Assembly (NCBI GenBank): GCA_033764955.1 | Contig: JANRIL010000024.1 | Coordinates: 64,001-128,000 of the forward strand | From: Cyanobacteriota bacterium | GTDB lineage: Bacteria; Cyanobacteriota; Cyanobacteriia; Thermostichales; Thermostichaceae | Length of the DNA: 64,000 nucleotides | Reading direction: 5' to 3' | Part shown: piece after piece, positions 28,835-39,506 of the stretch | Numbering within the stretch: the first letter of the stretch is position 1 | Layout: each line of letters begins with the position of its first letter | Translations under genes and position numbers: made by a program | Notes under the pieces: model-generated | Seen by the model: the letters and a program-made list of their open reading frames with translations, nothing else | Told to the model about the DNA's origin: nothing | The model's database searches: none

Positions 28835-29177
28835 AGCCGTAACCTCTTGTTTTGGGTATCGTTTCAGAGGCTTGTTATATCTAACCTCTTTCTAGTACTA
28901 GAGTAATCTTCTCCAATAACAGAAGAAGTGCGGCAAACTATCCTAAACAATTCGCAAATACCGATCTCGTGAGTTGACTATCATATCGCTATCAATAGCC
29001 ACCAATACCTAGCAGATAAAGTCACTTAGAGAGGATCGGGATTCCGATCTCCTTTATGAATGGGGATGGGGAAAACCGTATGACTCATTCGCCCTTTTGT
29101 TGGAAGATAGTTGATGTGCTGCTAAAATCCAGACTCAATAGATACACGGCCACCTTTTCGTAACCACTAACGATCCC

Positions 29178-30098
29178 ATGACATCCTCGCCAGAGTTGCC
29201 GATTACCGGAACCTTTTTGGATGAAATCAGCCACGATATCCCCTCTGCCAACTGGGGATCCCAAGCATGGGCTAAGGAATTTGCCTCAATGCAGGCGGAT
29301 GGGATTGATACTGTGATTTTGATTCGGGCTGGTTATCGAGATCGCGCCACCTTCCCCTCCCAGGTGCTGAGTCAGCTACACCCCCATTTGATTGTTCAGG
29401 AAGATTTGGTCGATCTATTCTTACGATTGGCAGATCAGCATCATATGGCTTTTTATTTCGGCACTTATGATTCGGGTCTTTATTGGCAACAGGATAATTA
29501 TCAACTGGAGTTGGATATTAACCGAGCTTTTGTCGATGAAGTATGGCAACGTTATGGAGACTATTCAGCTTTTCAGGGTTGGTATATTTGCCATGAGATC
29601 AATACTTTCTCAGAGGGCATGATGCAAGTTTATGAACAGCTTTCTCGTCACCTCAAAGATCTCAAAAATTTACCTATCTTAATTTCTCCTTATATTCGTG
29701 GCTCCAAACAATTTGCGGACGCGATTAGTTTGACTCACCATGAACAGGAGTGGCGGGAAGTTTTTGCCCGTTTGGATGGCCTAGTGGATATTGTGGCGTT
29801 TCAAGATGGGCAGGTAGAGTTTGCCGAATTGCCCGACTATTTGGCGATTAATGCTCAATTGGCTCGTCAACACCACATCACCTGTTGGTCAAATATTGAA
29901 ACATTTGATCGAGATGTCTATATTAAATTTCCACCTATTGCTTGGCCAAAACTACGCTATAAAATTGAAGCGGCTCGCTCGGCGGGGGTAGATAAACTGA
30001 TCACTTTTGAGTATTCCCATTTTCTCAGCCCAAACTCAATGTTTCCATCCGCTCATCATTTACGGGACTGCTATCGGGAGTGGTATAGATCAGCCTAA
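29178..30098 (+). CDS. DUF4434-like glycoside hydrolase fold protein
   Basis: ITGTFLDEISHDIP, GIDTVI, GWYICHE, AFQDG, WSNIETFDRD, ITFE. Confidence 0.75.
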   Translation: MTSSPELPITGTFLDEISHDIPSANWGSQAWAKEFASMQADGIDTVILIRAGYRDRATFPSQVLSQLHPHLIVQEDLVDLFLRLADQHHMAFYFGTYDSGLYWQQDNYQLELDINRAFVDEVWQRYGDYSAFQGWYICHEINTFSEGMMQVYEQLSRHLKDLKNLPILISPYIRGSKQFADAISLTHHEQEWREVFARLDGLVDIVAFQDGQVEFAELPDYLAINAQLARQHHITCWSNIETFDRDVYIKFPPIAWPKLRYKIEAARSAGVDKLITFEYSHFLSPNSMFPSAHHLRDCYREWYRSA

Positions 30099-30217
30099 TC
30101 TTCTGAAGAAGTATCCCAAAGATATCTAGAATTCACTAGTTCTATGACAGTAACCCTGCCCTCTCATGAAATCAGAGGTTGACATTATCCCAAGGGGATC
30201 CCATTCGTTAGCACACA

Positions 30218-30259
30218 AAAATCCCCCCTGCTCTCCGGGATGTCGAGAAAGGGGGAAAA
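30218..30259. terminator. Probable terminator between convergent genes
   Basis: AAAATCCCCCT..AGGGGGAAAA stem. Confidence 0.5.
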
Positions 30260-30279
30260 CCCATCAACGATCCCATCGC

Positions 30280-30450
30280 CTAGTGGCAACAGTCGGATGT
30301 GACGCAGCAGACGGAAGGGTGATCATGGTCGTGGGTAGCACAAGCTTCGCTACAAAATAGTTGGCCTGCAAAACTAAACCCCTGGCTAGAGTCAAAACTG
30401 CACTGGCAATGGTCACAGGCGCAGCGTACCAATTCAGCAGTAGCAGACAT
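30280..30450 (-). CDS. smtA: Prokaryotic metallothionein (SmtA/BmtA family), not in ORF track
   Basis: GGGAG SD; MSATAELVRCACDHCQCSFDSSQGFSFAGQLFCSEACATHDHDHPSVCCVTSDCCH has CxCxxCxC and F/YCSxxCA signatures. Confidence 0.9.
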   Translation of the reverse strand: MSATAELVRCACDHCQCSFDSSQGFSFAGQLFCSEACATHDHDHPSVCCVTSDCCH

Positions 30451-30557
30451 ACGCTATCAACTCCCTCTTAAAACAGTAGAATTAGCCTAGCAAGGTAGCA
30501 GGCTGGCTCCTGAAACCAAAATCATTCTCACTCTTATCCAAAGATTTCTAAAGTAGG

Positions 30558-31808
30558 CTAATTGGGGGCAATTTGTTTTTGCCACTCCTGCTCTAGGCGG
30601 GTAGTATATTCCGCATTCACTACAGGAACGGCCTCCTGAATGAGAGGTTGCAATGGGACTCCATAACGGACTTCTACCTCTGCGAAGGCAGCTTGTTCCT
30701 CCGCTGAGAGGTCTGCCACCCTGATCAGCGGGGGATCCCCCCAGACTTCTGGCTTGAGTTTTTCCAGTTGTCCGGCGGGACTGGCTAAGAGATTAGCTAG
30801 AACCATTGCTCCGGCTGGATTGCTGGCATTGCTGGGAATGGCGGTAAATGAGGGGTCATTGAGGGTAGATCCTGCCATTGTGAAGGCACGAGTGGTCGTA
30901 GGAAATTGTTTTGCTATGATGCCAAGGGCGATGTTGCTGACAAAGGTGGGCATGATCCAAATCTCACCATTGGCAAACAATTCGGCTAAGCGGCTTTGAC
31001 TGGGAGGATAGCTAACCCCTTTCTGCCAAAGGTAAGGTTCCAGTTGGCGGAGATAGGCCAAAACCTGTGGGGACTTCTCCACCCAGAGATCCGCATTAAA
31101 CTCCGCTCCGGCATATTGCTCATAGCCACCCGTCGTGCCATAGAGAGCTGTCAAGACAAAACGGCTGCCATCAAAGGCAGGGGGAGCCACATAGGTAAAT
31201 CGTCCGGGATTAGCCTCCGCCCACGTCAGCAGTTCAGCAAAGCTCTGGGGGGGCTGGCTGACCCGTGCTGAGTCATAGGCCATCAAATAATAGCTGCCCG
31301 TGTAGGGAGCTTCGTAGCCATCGATGGGCAAGCCAAAGTCGCTCTCAACACTGAGATTATTTTGGTAGTAAGCCATGCTGGGCAAGGGATCCGTAAAAGG
31401 GCCAAAGAGCAAATTGCCCTGTTTGAGGGTACGGAAGTTCTCGCCGTTGATCCAAATCAAGTCAATGCTGCCACCCGTGGTTAAGCCAGCTTGCACTTCT
31501 CCCACCACCTTGTTCACCGCCTCGACGGTATCGCTGAGGGGAATGCGGTTGAGGGTAATCTGGTAGTTTTGCTTGAGTTGGGTTGCCACCCAGCCATCGA
31601 CAAAGCGGTTGATCTGATCGCTGCCACTCCACATTGCCCAGTTAACAGTGGTGCCACGACTGCGCTCAACAATCGCATCCCAACTGGCGGAACGGGGATC
31701 CCAAGTTTGGGTGTATCCTGTTAGTCCGCTCAATCCTGACCATCCCAGCCCTAAGAGCAATGCCACTAGCCCCAACAGGGAGCGGCGGGATCCCTTTCCG
31801 TTTCGCAT
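30558..31808 (-). CDS. ABC transporter substrate-binding protein (YnjB-like)
   Basis: Signal peptide, GSIDLIWINGENF, NPGRFTY, QLEKLKPEVWGDP. Confidence 0.82.
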   Translation of the reverse strand: MRNGKGSRRSLLGLVALLLGLGWSGLSGLTGYTQTWDPRSASWDAIVERSRGTTVNWAMWSGSDQINRFVDGWVATQLKQNYQITLNRIPLSDTVEAVNKVVGEVQAGLTTGGSIDLIWINGENFRTLKQGNLLFGPFTDPLPSMAYYQNNLSVESDFGLPIDGYEAPYTGSYYLMAYDSARVSQPPQSFAELLTWAEANPGRFTYVAPPAFDGSRFVLTALYGTTGGYEQYAGAEFNADLWVEKSPQVLAYLRQLEPYLWQKGVSYPPSQSRLAELFANGEIWIMPTFVSNIALGIIAKQFPTTTRAFTMAGSTLNDPSFTAIPSNASNPAGAMVLANLLASPAGQLEKLKPEVWGDPPLIRVADLSAEEQAAFAEVEVRYGVPLQPLIQEAVPVVNAEYTTRLEQEWQKQIAPN

Positions 31809-31891
31809 AGGTTCTTCCTCAAGATCGTTGAATCATGATCGTTAGCGCAACACTTTGAATCCGCTTGAACCCCCCTTTTGATAGCCCTCGG

Positions 31892-32989
31892 TCACGCGGC
31901 AAGGATAGGTGGCCTCACCGAAACAGGTGCTTCTGGCAACGGCCAAAGAGCGGCGGGAGGCAGTGCAACCCACACCTCATCGGTGACCTTCACCGCTGGA
32001 TCAATCCCCAGCCACGCCTGCAAGCGCCAACCGGAAGCATGAGTGAGGGTGAGACGGTGTTGAGTGCCCAGGAAACGCAGACTGTCCACCCGCATCACCA
32101 AGGCATTGACACAGCCGGGATGGGATCTCGATACCTGCACCCGTTCAGGGCGGATTGTTACCGTGACTCGCCCCTGCCGAGCATGAGCGCAGGTTAAGAG
32201 GGATCCCTGCATCAGTTCCAGCCGATGCCCGTCAGCCTCAGCTTCAAAAAAATTCACTCCACCAAAAAAGCGGGCGGCGGCCTCGGAGGAGGGAGTTTGG
32301 TAAAAGTCAGAGGCAGATCCCAGTTGATGCAAGGTTCCCCCAAACATGAGAGCAATCCGATCCGCCATCGCTACGGCCTCCGCCTGATCGTGGGTGACAA
32401 TCAGGGTAGTAACCTGGGTTTCGGCCTGTAGTGTCAGGATCAAATCCTGCATTTCCTGTCGCAGACTGGCATCCAAGGCAGAAAGGGGTTCATCTAGCAG
32501 CAAGACTTCTGGCTCGATCACCAAAGCACGTGCCAGGGCAACCCGTTGGGCTTGTCCCCCCGACAATTGCGTCGGCTGCCGATGGGCTAGGGATCCCAGT
32601 TGCACCCGCTCCAGCATCGCCAGTGCCTTGGCTTCCCGCATCCCTCGACTTTCTCCCCGCATCCTCAGGCCAAAGGCGACATTTTCTAGCACAGTGAGAT
32701 ACGGAAACAACAAGCCCTGTTGGAAAACCATCGCCATGCCCCGTTTTTCCGGTGGGATGCGATTGAGGCAGCGATCCCCTAACCAAACCTCCCCGCGATC
32801 CGGCTCGATCAGTCCACCAATCATTTGTAGAGTGGTGGATTTGCCACAGCCAGACGGCCCTAGCAAAGCCAGAATCTCTCCACCAGCCAACTTGAGGGAA
32901 AGATCCTGAACAACCGCCAAGTGGCGAAATGATTTGTTGAGGGCGACCAGCGAGAGGGAACTGCTCAAGGTGGGCTTTACCCCTAGCAC
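31892..32989 (-). CDS. ABC transporter ATP-binding protein (PotA-like, TOBE C-terminus)
   Basis: [33 protein letters not shown]. Confidence 0.9.
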   Translation of the reverse strand: MLGVKPTLSSSLSLVALNKSFRHLAVVQDLSLKLAGGEILALLGPSGCGKSTTLQMIGGLIEPDRGEVWLGDRCLNRIPPEKRGMAMVFQQGLLFPYLTVLENVAFGLRMRGESRGMREAKALAMLERVQLGSLAHRQPTQLSGGQAQRVALARALVIEPEVLLLDEPLSALDASLRQEMQDLILTLQAETQVTTLIVTHDQAEAVAMADRIALMFGGTLHQLGSASDFYQTPSSEAAARFFGGVNFFEAEADGHRLELMQGSLLTCAHARQGRVTVTIRPERVQVSRSHPGCVNALVMRVDSLRFLGTQHRLTLTHASGWRLQAWLGIDPAVKVTDEVWVALPPAALWPLPEAPVSVRPPILAA

Positions 32990-33015
32990 AACGATTTCTC
33001 AAGATTATCGGATAT

Positions 33016-33031
33016 ATCTAGATATCTAGAT
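33016..33031. promoter_or_regulatory. Perfect 16-bp palindrome, candidate operator
   Basis: ATCTAGATATCTAGAT, about 26 bp upstream of the ABC ATPase start. Confidence 0.45.
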
Positions 33032-33395
33032 GAGTAAATCCTGAGAATTACCTGATGGGGTTGATTTCTGAGATGTTCGAGGCTATTTGCTGCCGCTGCC
33101 TTTTGCCGCTGGACTTTGGAACCCTCCAGTCGTCTGCTCGCAGGCTGGGGAATTTTTACAAAAATGCTTATACGTTACAAAATTTGCAGCAACATCGGAG
33201 ATAGTAAGGATCACACCCCCATCTGCTAGGGAGGCAGTCATGCCTATAGGCGCTAAAAAACAAGGTAACTCGCCTGGCACCTGTAACTGCTGACCGGATC
33301 CCGAATGATTTTTCTCTTGAGAAAAACCTGGTGAGCAGGGATGAGGAGTAATCGATTGACTAACTATTGACTACAAACTTAGGAATGGGGAGGGC

Positions 33396-34154
33396 GTGGC
33401 TATCGTGTATCTTGATGGATCCAGTTGGACGGATTGGTTAGATTGGCTGCCTTCCTCCTCCGATATGTCCTCGTTGCTCTTGGCACAAACGGGGTTTCGT
33501 CTAGATTTTGGCAAGATTTGGGATAGAGTTCCTTTTATTTTGGGTGGCATCAACGTTACTCTTCAATTCACTCTCCTGTCAGTGGTGTTTGGCTTTACCT
33601 GGGGAATTATCCTGGCTCTTCTCAAAATCTCGAATATCCCCCCGGTTAAGTGGTTGGCTGCCGCCTATACCTCGATCTTTCGCGGCACTCCCTTGATCTT
33701 GCAACTCAGCCTGATTTATTTTGCTACCCCCCAACTCACGGGCTATAACATCTCCCCTCTGCAAGCGGGCGTCCTGACCTTCAGCCTCAACTCAGGAGCC
33801 TATACCTCCGAAACGATTCGGGGGGGTATCTTAGCGGTAGATAAAGGGCAGTGGGATGCCTCCGCCTCTCTAGGGATCCCTTATCGCTCGATGATGCTCG
33901 ACATTATCTTTCCACAAGCCCTGAAAAATATCCTGCCCGCTATGGTCAATGAGAGTATTGCCCTTCTTAAGGATTCGGCGTTGGTGTCGGTGATCGGTGT
34001 TGTGGATGTGATGCGGCGGGCACAAATTGTCGGCTCAGAAAAATACATTTATTTTGAGCCTTTGTTAATGGCAGGATTGATTTACTATGTGATGGTAATT
34101 GGCTTAACCTCGCTGGCTCAGACGTTTGAATTGAGGCTACGGAAAAGTGATTAA
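33396..34154 (+). CDS. Polar amino acid ABC transporter permease
   Basis: [30 protein letters not shown]; true start probably downstream. Confidence 0.92.
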   Translation: MAIVYLDGSSWTDWLDWLPSSSDMSSLLLAQTGFRLDFGKIWDRVPFILGGINVTLQFTLLSVVFGFTWGIILALLKISNIPPVKWLAAAYTSIFRGTPLILQLSLIYFATPQLTGYNISPLQAGVLTFSLNSGAYTSETIRGGILAVDKGQWDASASLGIPYRSMMLDIIFPQALKNILPAMVNESIALLKDSALVSVIGVVDVMRRAQIVGSEKYIYFEPLLMAGLIYYVMVIGLTSLAQTFELRLRKSD

Positions 34155-34869
34155 AGTTGAGAATCTCCACAAATCTTTTGGATCCCTGCAAGTTCTGAAA
34201 GGTATCACCACCGAAATTGAGAAGGGCACCGTTGTTGCTGTGATTGGGCCTTCCGGCTGTGGCAAATCCACTTTCTTGCGCTGTCTGAATCGCCTGGAGG
34301 TAGCCACCTCTGGACAGATTACGATTGATGGCGTAGAGGTGACCCATCCCAAAACGGATATCCTCAAGTTGCGGCAAAAAGTGGGAATGGTGTTTCAACA
34401 TTTCAACATTTTTCCCCACATGACGGTGTTAGAAAATTTGATGTATGCTCCCGTCAAGGTCAAGCGGGTGAGCAAAGCCCAAGCCGAGCAAAAGGGTAAA
34501 GACCTCTTGACACGGGTAGGTTTAGCCGACAAAGCAGATGTCTATCCCAACCGTCTCTCCGGTGGACAAAAGCAGCGGGTAGCGATTGCCCGTTCCCTCG
34601 CCATGGAACCAGAGGTGATGCTCTTTGATGAACCCACGTCGGCGTTGGATCCGGAAATGGTCAGGGAGGTCTTGGATGTGATGAAGGCTCTGGCGCGGGA
34701 ACACATGACGATGGCGATTGTCACCCATGAGATGGGCTTTGCCCGCGAAGTGGCGGATCGCGTCTGCTTTTTTGACAGTGGTTATTTGGTGGAAGATGCG
34801 CCTCCGGCTCAATTTTTTAGCCATCCCCAGGCCGAACGAGCCAAGCAGTTTTTAGAAAAAATGCTCTGA
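34147..34869 (+). CDS. Polar amino acid ABC transporter ATP-binding protein
   Basis: [40 protein letters not shown]. Confidence 0.95.
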   Translation: MIKVENLHKSFGSLQVLKGITTEIEKGTVVAVIGPSGCGKSTFLRCLNRLEVATSGQITIDGVEVTHPKTDILKLRQKVGMVFQHFNIFPHMTVLENLMYAPVKVKRVSKAQAEQKGKDLLTRVGLADKADVYPNRLSGGQKQRVAIARSLAMEPEVMLFDEPTSALDPEMVREVLDVMKALAREHMTMAIVTHEMGFAREVADRVCFFDSGYLVEDAPPAQFFSHPQAERAKQFLEKML

Positions 34870-34885
34870 AATCATTCTCCGAACT

Positions 34886-35980
34886 TTAGGTTTGAATTTG
34901 CTCAACAACCGCTTTGGCTCGGTTAGCAACATCGATGGGCAAGGGCAAGTAACCGAGATCAGGAGAACGATTTTGTCCGTCTGTGAGTGCCCATAACAGA
35001 ACCTGCTTGAGGGCTTCTGCTTTATTGGGATCCTCATAACGACGATAGGCCAAAATCCACGTATAGGTGACAATCGGGAAGGCTGTGGATCCGGTTGGAT
35101 CATCCACAAAGGCTCGTAAGTTTTCAGGGAGCTTGACTTCATTCAGGGCGCTGAGAGCCGATTCTGGGGTCGGCAAAATATAGTTGCCCGCTTGATTTTC
35201 TAGAGCGGCCATCGAGAGATCCAATTCTTTGGCATAAACATATTCCACATACGCAATCACCCCCTCGGCCAGTTGAACTTGGGCACTTACCCCTTCATTG
35301 CCTTTGGCTCCCGCTCCCGTCGGCCAATTCACCACCACTCCGGATCCCACCTGCTCCTTCCATGCGGCGTTGATAGCACTCAAATGTTTGGTAAAGGTGG
35401 CGGTGGTTCCGCTGCCATCAGCTCGATAGACCACAACAATGGGTAGATCCGGTAGGCTTAGATCGGGGTTAAGTTCAGCAATTTTGGGATCCCGCCATTG
35501 GGTGATTTTCCCTAGAAATATCTCGGCTAGTAGAGAACGAGAAAGCTTCAGTCCACTGCTAATCCCAGGGAGGTTATAGCAGACCACCACACTGCCTGCT
35601 GTCATGGGAATTAACAATGCCCCCTGCTTGACTTGCGCCATTTCTGGATCGGTCATGGCGATATCACTGGCTCCAAAATCGGTAGTGTTATCGATAAACT
35701 GCCGGATCCCGGCGGCAGTACCTACCGCCTGATAATTGACTTGAATGGAAGGATTGATTTGATTAAAATCCACAAACCAGCGTTGATACAGTAAGGCCGG
35801 AAATGTTGCCCCTGCCCCCGTGATGGCAATGATGGGTTGCTCAGGTGACTTGCTTGACTGGGATCCCGTAGTGGAGGGGAAGGGAGAGGGCGCTCGTCGT
35901 TCACAAGATATCCAACCTAAACTCAACATTGAGGTTAAGCCTGTGAGAACCGTTCGCCGATGCAAAGATCGTTTTTCCAT
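34886..35980 (-). CDS. pstS: Phosphate ABC transporter substrate-binding protein
   Basis: GAGATFP, NYQAVG, DFGASD, RADGSGTT, GAKGNEG. Confidence 0.93.
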   Translation of the reverse strand: MEKRSLHRRTVLTGLTSMLSLGWISCERRAPSPFPSTTGSQSSKSPEQPIIAITGAGATFPALLYQRWFVDFNQINPSIQVNYQAVGTAAGIRQFIDNTTDFGASDIAMTDPEMAQVKQGALLIPMTAGSVVVCYNLPGISSGLKLSRSLLAEIFLGKITQWRDPKIAELNPDLSLPDLPIVVVYRADGSGTTATFTKHLSAINAAWKEQVGSGVVVNWPTGAGAKGNEGVSAQVQLAEGVIAYVEYVYAKELDLSMAALENQAGNYILPTPESALSALNEVKLPENLRAFVDDPTGSTAFPIVTYTWILAYRRYEDPNKAEALKQVLLWALTDGQNRSPDLGYLPLPIDVANRAKAVVEQIQT

Positions 35981-36064
35981 AAGATAATACTCCCAAATTT
36001 GAATTTTTTACTTGTCAGTTTAGCTATTTTTGATAGTTGTTTTTGAGTATTAAGCCTGACAAAA

Positions 36065-37249
36065 TCAAGCCTGACAACGATCTCCAATTCGGCTCTGACA
36101 CTGGGTAATTTCTTGAGGGGTTAAGTCTTGCCATTCGACATCACGGCGCAACACCAACCCGTTATGTCCGGTTAAGAAACGGGGGAGTTCTCCCTGATCA
36201 ATAACCACGAGTGTTTGCATGTTATAAGTTGTATAAATGGTATCAGATTTTTGAAAATCAACATCCACGAGAGTGAGGGTTTTGCGGGGGGGTAGAGGGC
36301 TGTTCACGAGTGGGCGAGGGCCACTTCCCAAAATACCGCTGTGCAACAGTTGCAGTTGACCTTTGTGACCGGGATAGTAGGAATGATGATGACCGCTAAT
36401 GTAGGTATGGACGCGATATCGTTCTAATAATTCCCGCTTTTGATCCGCTTCGCTTAAGACCTCTCCCGGCTCATCTCGCCCCACAGAAATGGCATAGAGA
36501 GGAAGATGTCCGATCACCATTCGTAATTTGGCCGATTGAGCCAGTTCGCTAGCCAAACTGGTTTCAGCCCAAGTGATTTGTTCGGGTGGGATCCGGTTGG
36601 AAGAAGCATCCCAAACCAGGTAAAAAATATCTCGATGGCGAAACGTATAGTAAAAGGGAAATCCGGCTCGATCCACAAATTCAACGCCCGGATCATGATC
36701 GGGATCATTCCAATATTCCGAGGCTAAATCCCGCTCCTGTTGAAAGAGAAACTTGTTGGTCACGGAGAGGGCACTTGAAGCATCGTGGTTGCCAACCGTG
36801 AAGCCATAGGGAAGCTTAGCTTGCCGAAGTGGAGCCGCCACATGCTGATCAAAGGCTTGCCACATGGCTCGAATTCGTTCCGGTTTGAGGCGTGGATCCT
36901 GGCCTGCCACCATATCGCCACCGCCCAAGACAATATCGGGATCCCAGTGGGGAAGGAGCGCCATCGCCCGATCAACCTCTGGGTCGTAATCTACCGATCC
37001 ATACATGCTGTTCATATCGCTGATCACCATCAACCGCACATCGCGGCGGGACGGGATCCACAGCCCTTGGGGAGCCTCCGCCACAGTTAAAACGGTGGGG
37101 GTACTGGCGGGAGTTGCTGGGGGAGGGGAAATGACGGGAGGGGAGGAAACGTTGGGAGTTTGTCGAACTGGACGCTGACTCAAGCCCAGACCTGCTCCTG
37201 CCATCAGACCCCCCGCTAGGCTGGTCCAGATCAATGCTCGGCGTCTCAC
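36065..37249 (-). CDS. Metallophosphoesterase, probably Tat-exported
   Basis: MRRRAL leader, VISD, GDMVAGQ, GNHD, GHLP, SGHHH. Confidence 0.88.
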   Translation of the reverse strand: MRRRALIWTSLAGGLMAGAGLGLSQRPVRQTPNVSSPPVISPPPATPASTPTVLTVAEAPQGLWIPSRRDVRLMVISDMNSMYGSVDYDPEVDRAMALLPHWDPDIVLGGGDMVAGQDPRLKPERIRAMWQAFDQHVAAPLRQAKLPYGFTVGNHDASSALSVTNKFLFQQERDLASEYWNDPDHDPGVEFVDRAGFPFYYTFRHRDIFYLVWDASSNRIPPEQITWAETSLASELAQSAKLRMVIGHLPLYAISVGRDEPGEVLSEADQKRELLERYRVHTYISGHHHSYYPGHKGQLQLLHSGILGSGPRPLVNSPLPPRKTLTLVDVDFQKSDTIYTTYNMQTLVVIDQGELPRFLTGHNGLVLRRDVEWQDLTPQEITQCQSRIGDRCQA

Positions 37250-37294
37250 CCTTTCACCTCATCCGCCTTACTTTAGGAGTCGCAGCAGGGATCC

Positions 37295-37696
37295 CTAAAA
37301 CCACTGCTGGGCATAAAGCCGTTGCACTATATAAAACACCGCTAGCGGCACATCAACTTTCCGCTCGTCAATCATAAACGATTCGACGGTGCTGACCTCT
37401 ACCCCGTCACTGCTGCAACTAAAAAACTTAGCTCCACTCAAAGATTGTTCGGCAAATAGGATCGTAAAGCTGCGTCGCCCCTGCCCGAAGCTACCCACAA
37501 GGGTTTGTCCATCGAGGGTGAGTTGCAGATCGGTTACCCCGCGCTTGGCAAAAGCAGCTTGGGCAACCGGAATCAAATCCTCCTGGATCATCTGGGAAAA
37601 AGGTTTTTCCGGTTTTTCTTCTTTGGGCTTTTTGGCTTTCGTCGAAGCTTTTGGGGTTAATTCGGCTTCGGGGGTTAGGTTGGCATCGCTGGGCAT
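37295..37696 (-). CDS. DUF2996 family protein
   Basis: KPEKPF, VESFMIDERKV..FYIVQRL.AQQW. Confidence 0.8.
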   Translation of the reverse strand: MPSDANLTPEAELTPKASTKAKKPKEEKPEKPFSQMIQEDLIPVAQAAFAKRGVTDLQLTLDGQTLVGSFGQGRRSFTILFAEQSLSGAKFFSCSSDGVEVSTVESFMIDERKVDVPLAVFYIVQRLYAQQWF

Positions 37697-37810
37697 TCGA
37701 TTCTCCTCATGACTCAGGGCACAAAACGATTCCCCGCTGGGGGTGATGGGCTGGTGACTCGGTAGGGATCCCGAAGGTAGGCATCCGCAAACCGTCGGCG
37801 GGTCGCTGGC

Positions 37811-38176
37811 TTAACTGCTGGGTAGATATTGCCCGCTAATTTGTTCAGCAGGCACCTGGGGAAAGCCCATGCTGTAATTCAAAACGCGACTGTTCAGATT
37901 GTAGGCAAGTTTGCCCTGCCGTAGCAGGGAGCGGATCAAGTGTTCCACATCAGAGCCAATGCGCCGCAGGTTGTATTCGGTTAAATCCCGTCCGGCAAAA
38001 TCAGCCACCCGCTGGTCAAAGTAGTCGTAAACCGCCTGTAAAGCCTGATCGTTCCAAACCAATTCGTTGTCGGGATCCACATCCAACGTCAGTAAATTAT
38101 CTCTGGGCACCATCTCTAGGCTGTCGGTAATCTCAGCCGCAAAAATATGCACATGGCGAGTGATTGACTTTAACAT
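37811..38176 (-). CDS. ndhM: NDH-1 subunit M
   Basis: MLKSITRHVHIF, LTLDVDPDNE, LTEYNLRRIGSD, RVLNYSMG. Confidence 0.95.
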   Translation of the reverse strand: MLKSITRHVHIFAAEITDSLEMVPRDNLLTLDVDPDNELVWNDQALQAVYDYFDQRVADFAGRDLTEYNLRRIGSDVEHLIRSLLRQGKLAYNLNSRVLNYSMGFPQVPAEQISGQYLPSS

Positions 38177-38266
38177 CCGCGTTTCTCTTCCGGTTGAGTT
38201 AAGGAGGCTTCCTAGGGCGAAAGCACTCTCATCCTACCGTCAGTCTCAAATTTTGGGGGAGGGTTT

Positions 38267-38470
38267 TTAGCGGCGCTTGCGGGATCCCCAATACTGCAAG
38301 ATCCAGGCGGCGGCAGAGGGATCCCCCTCATCCCAGGCAAGCCGCTCAATCGTGGCAATCACCTTGGCGCGAATGGCATCCGCATGCATGTGGGACTGAA
38401 GCTGAGCAATCGCCAGTGTCGCTTGATCCAGATTGCGAGTCCGAATGGCACGAGTCAGCAGATCTGACAT
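38267..38470 (-). CDS. Small hypothetical protein
   Basis: 67-aa helical ORF co-oriented with ndhM; no motif. Confidence 0.5.
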   Translation of the reverse strand: MSDLLTRAIRTRNLDQATLAIAQLQSHMHADAIRAKVIATIERLAWDEGDPSAAAWILQYWGSRKRR

Positions 38471-38833
38471 AAGCGGATCCACAAGTTGATTGGATCCCTT
38501 TTGCCATAGAATTTAAGGCAATTAAGAATTCCTTTAGGGTTTCTTCCGCTTGCCATAAGTGAATGTAAACCAATCGTTGGCAGACGGATCGAAAGATTGC
38601 TTTTTATCGAAAAGATTACCAAGCAACGGGTGAGATTTACTCGACTTCATCGTCACGATCAAAAGTTTACGGTTGCTTTACAGCTAAAGCTTGCCACGAT
38701 TTCCCCCACCTAGCTGGGTGTCACTAGTTACGGTTTTTCTCCCTCCCCCGGCACGAGCAGTCAAGCCGTGTTGAAATCACTTCCCTGACAGTGCTAGATT
38801 TGCTGCACCACTATGTATCAAATCGTTGCGAAG

Positions 38834-39427
38834 ATGAACGATCCCTACCAAATCCTGGGTGTTTCTCATCAAGCTGATTGGGCTGAAATTAAGGCCGCTT
38901 TTCGCCGACTTGCCCAGAGATACCATCCCGATGTGGCCGGACAAGCCAGTGAGGAAACCTTCAAAACCATCAATGCCGCCTATCGTCTCTTGATCGATCC
39001 TCACCAACGCCAAATTTGGGATGAGGAGCATCTGGTCTCCTCTGGGATCCCTCGCTCCTCCTCTCGCACCAACACCTCAGTAGGGGTGCGCGTCACGGTG
39101 CAACCAAGGGTGGAGGAGCCGCAGCCCCCCCCTGCCCTAGAGCCGCAGATCCTCAAAAAAATTCAGATAGTTCGAGAGGCGATGCGCAACCAGAAATTGA
39201 TGTTTGCTGTGCATCAAGCCGAACTTCTCAAGCAGACTTATCCCGATCACCCGCGAGTCAATCATGTCTTGGCGCTCGCTTACTATCGCTTGGGACACGC
39301 CTTTGCCCAAAGACGGGAGAGAAAGTTGGCCGAGTCCTACTTAGAAAAAGCCCACCTGACGGATCCCGATGATCTGGGTTTGGCCTTTGATATTCAGCGG
39401 GCACGGGCATTGCTTGAGAGAAAGTAG
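38834..39427 (+). CDS. DnaJ-domain protein with TPR-like C-terminus
   Basis: DPYQILGV, YHPD, INAAYRLL. Confidence 0.88.
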   Translation: MNDPYQILGVSHQADWAEIKAAFRRLAQRYHPDVAGQASEETFKTINAAYRLLIDPHQRQIWDEEHLVSSGIPRSSSRTNTSVGVRVTVQPRVEEPQPPPALEPQILKKIQIVREAMRNQKLMFAVHQAELLKQTYPDHPRVNHVLALAYYRLGHAFAQRRERKLAESYLEKAHLTDPDDLGLAFDIQRARALLERK

Positions 39428-39506
39428 CCTACCTCCAGGGTAATAGCAATCGCATCTAATCCGTGAGGAGATTCCTTGTCCAAATGTAAACTGTTCGCAG
39501 TAAGTT

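Noticed and set aside
30166..30360. 64-aa plus-strand ORF
   Set aside because: Overlaps the metallothionein gene and terminator on the opposite strand; no motif
35981..36064. Pho box upstream of pstS
   Set aside because: No regularly spaced PyTTAAPyPy repeats
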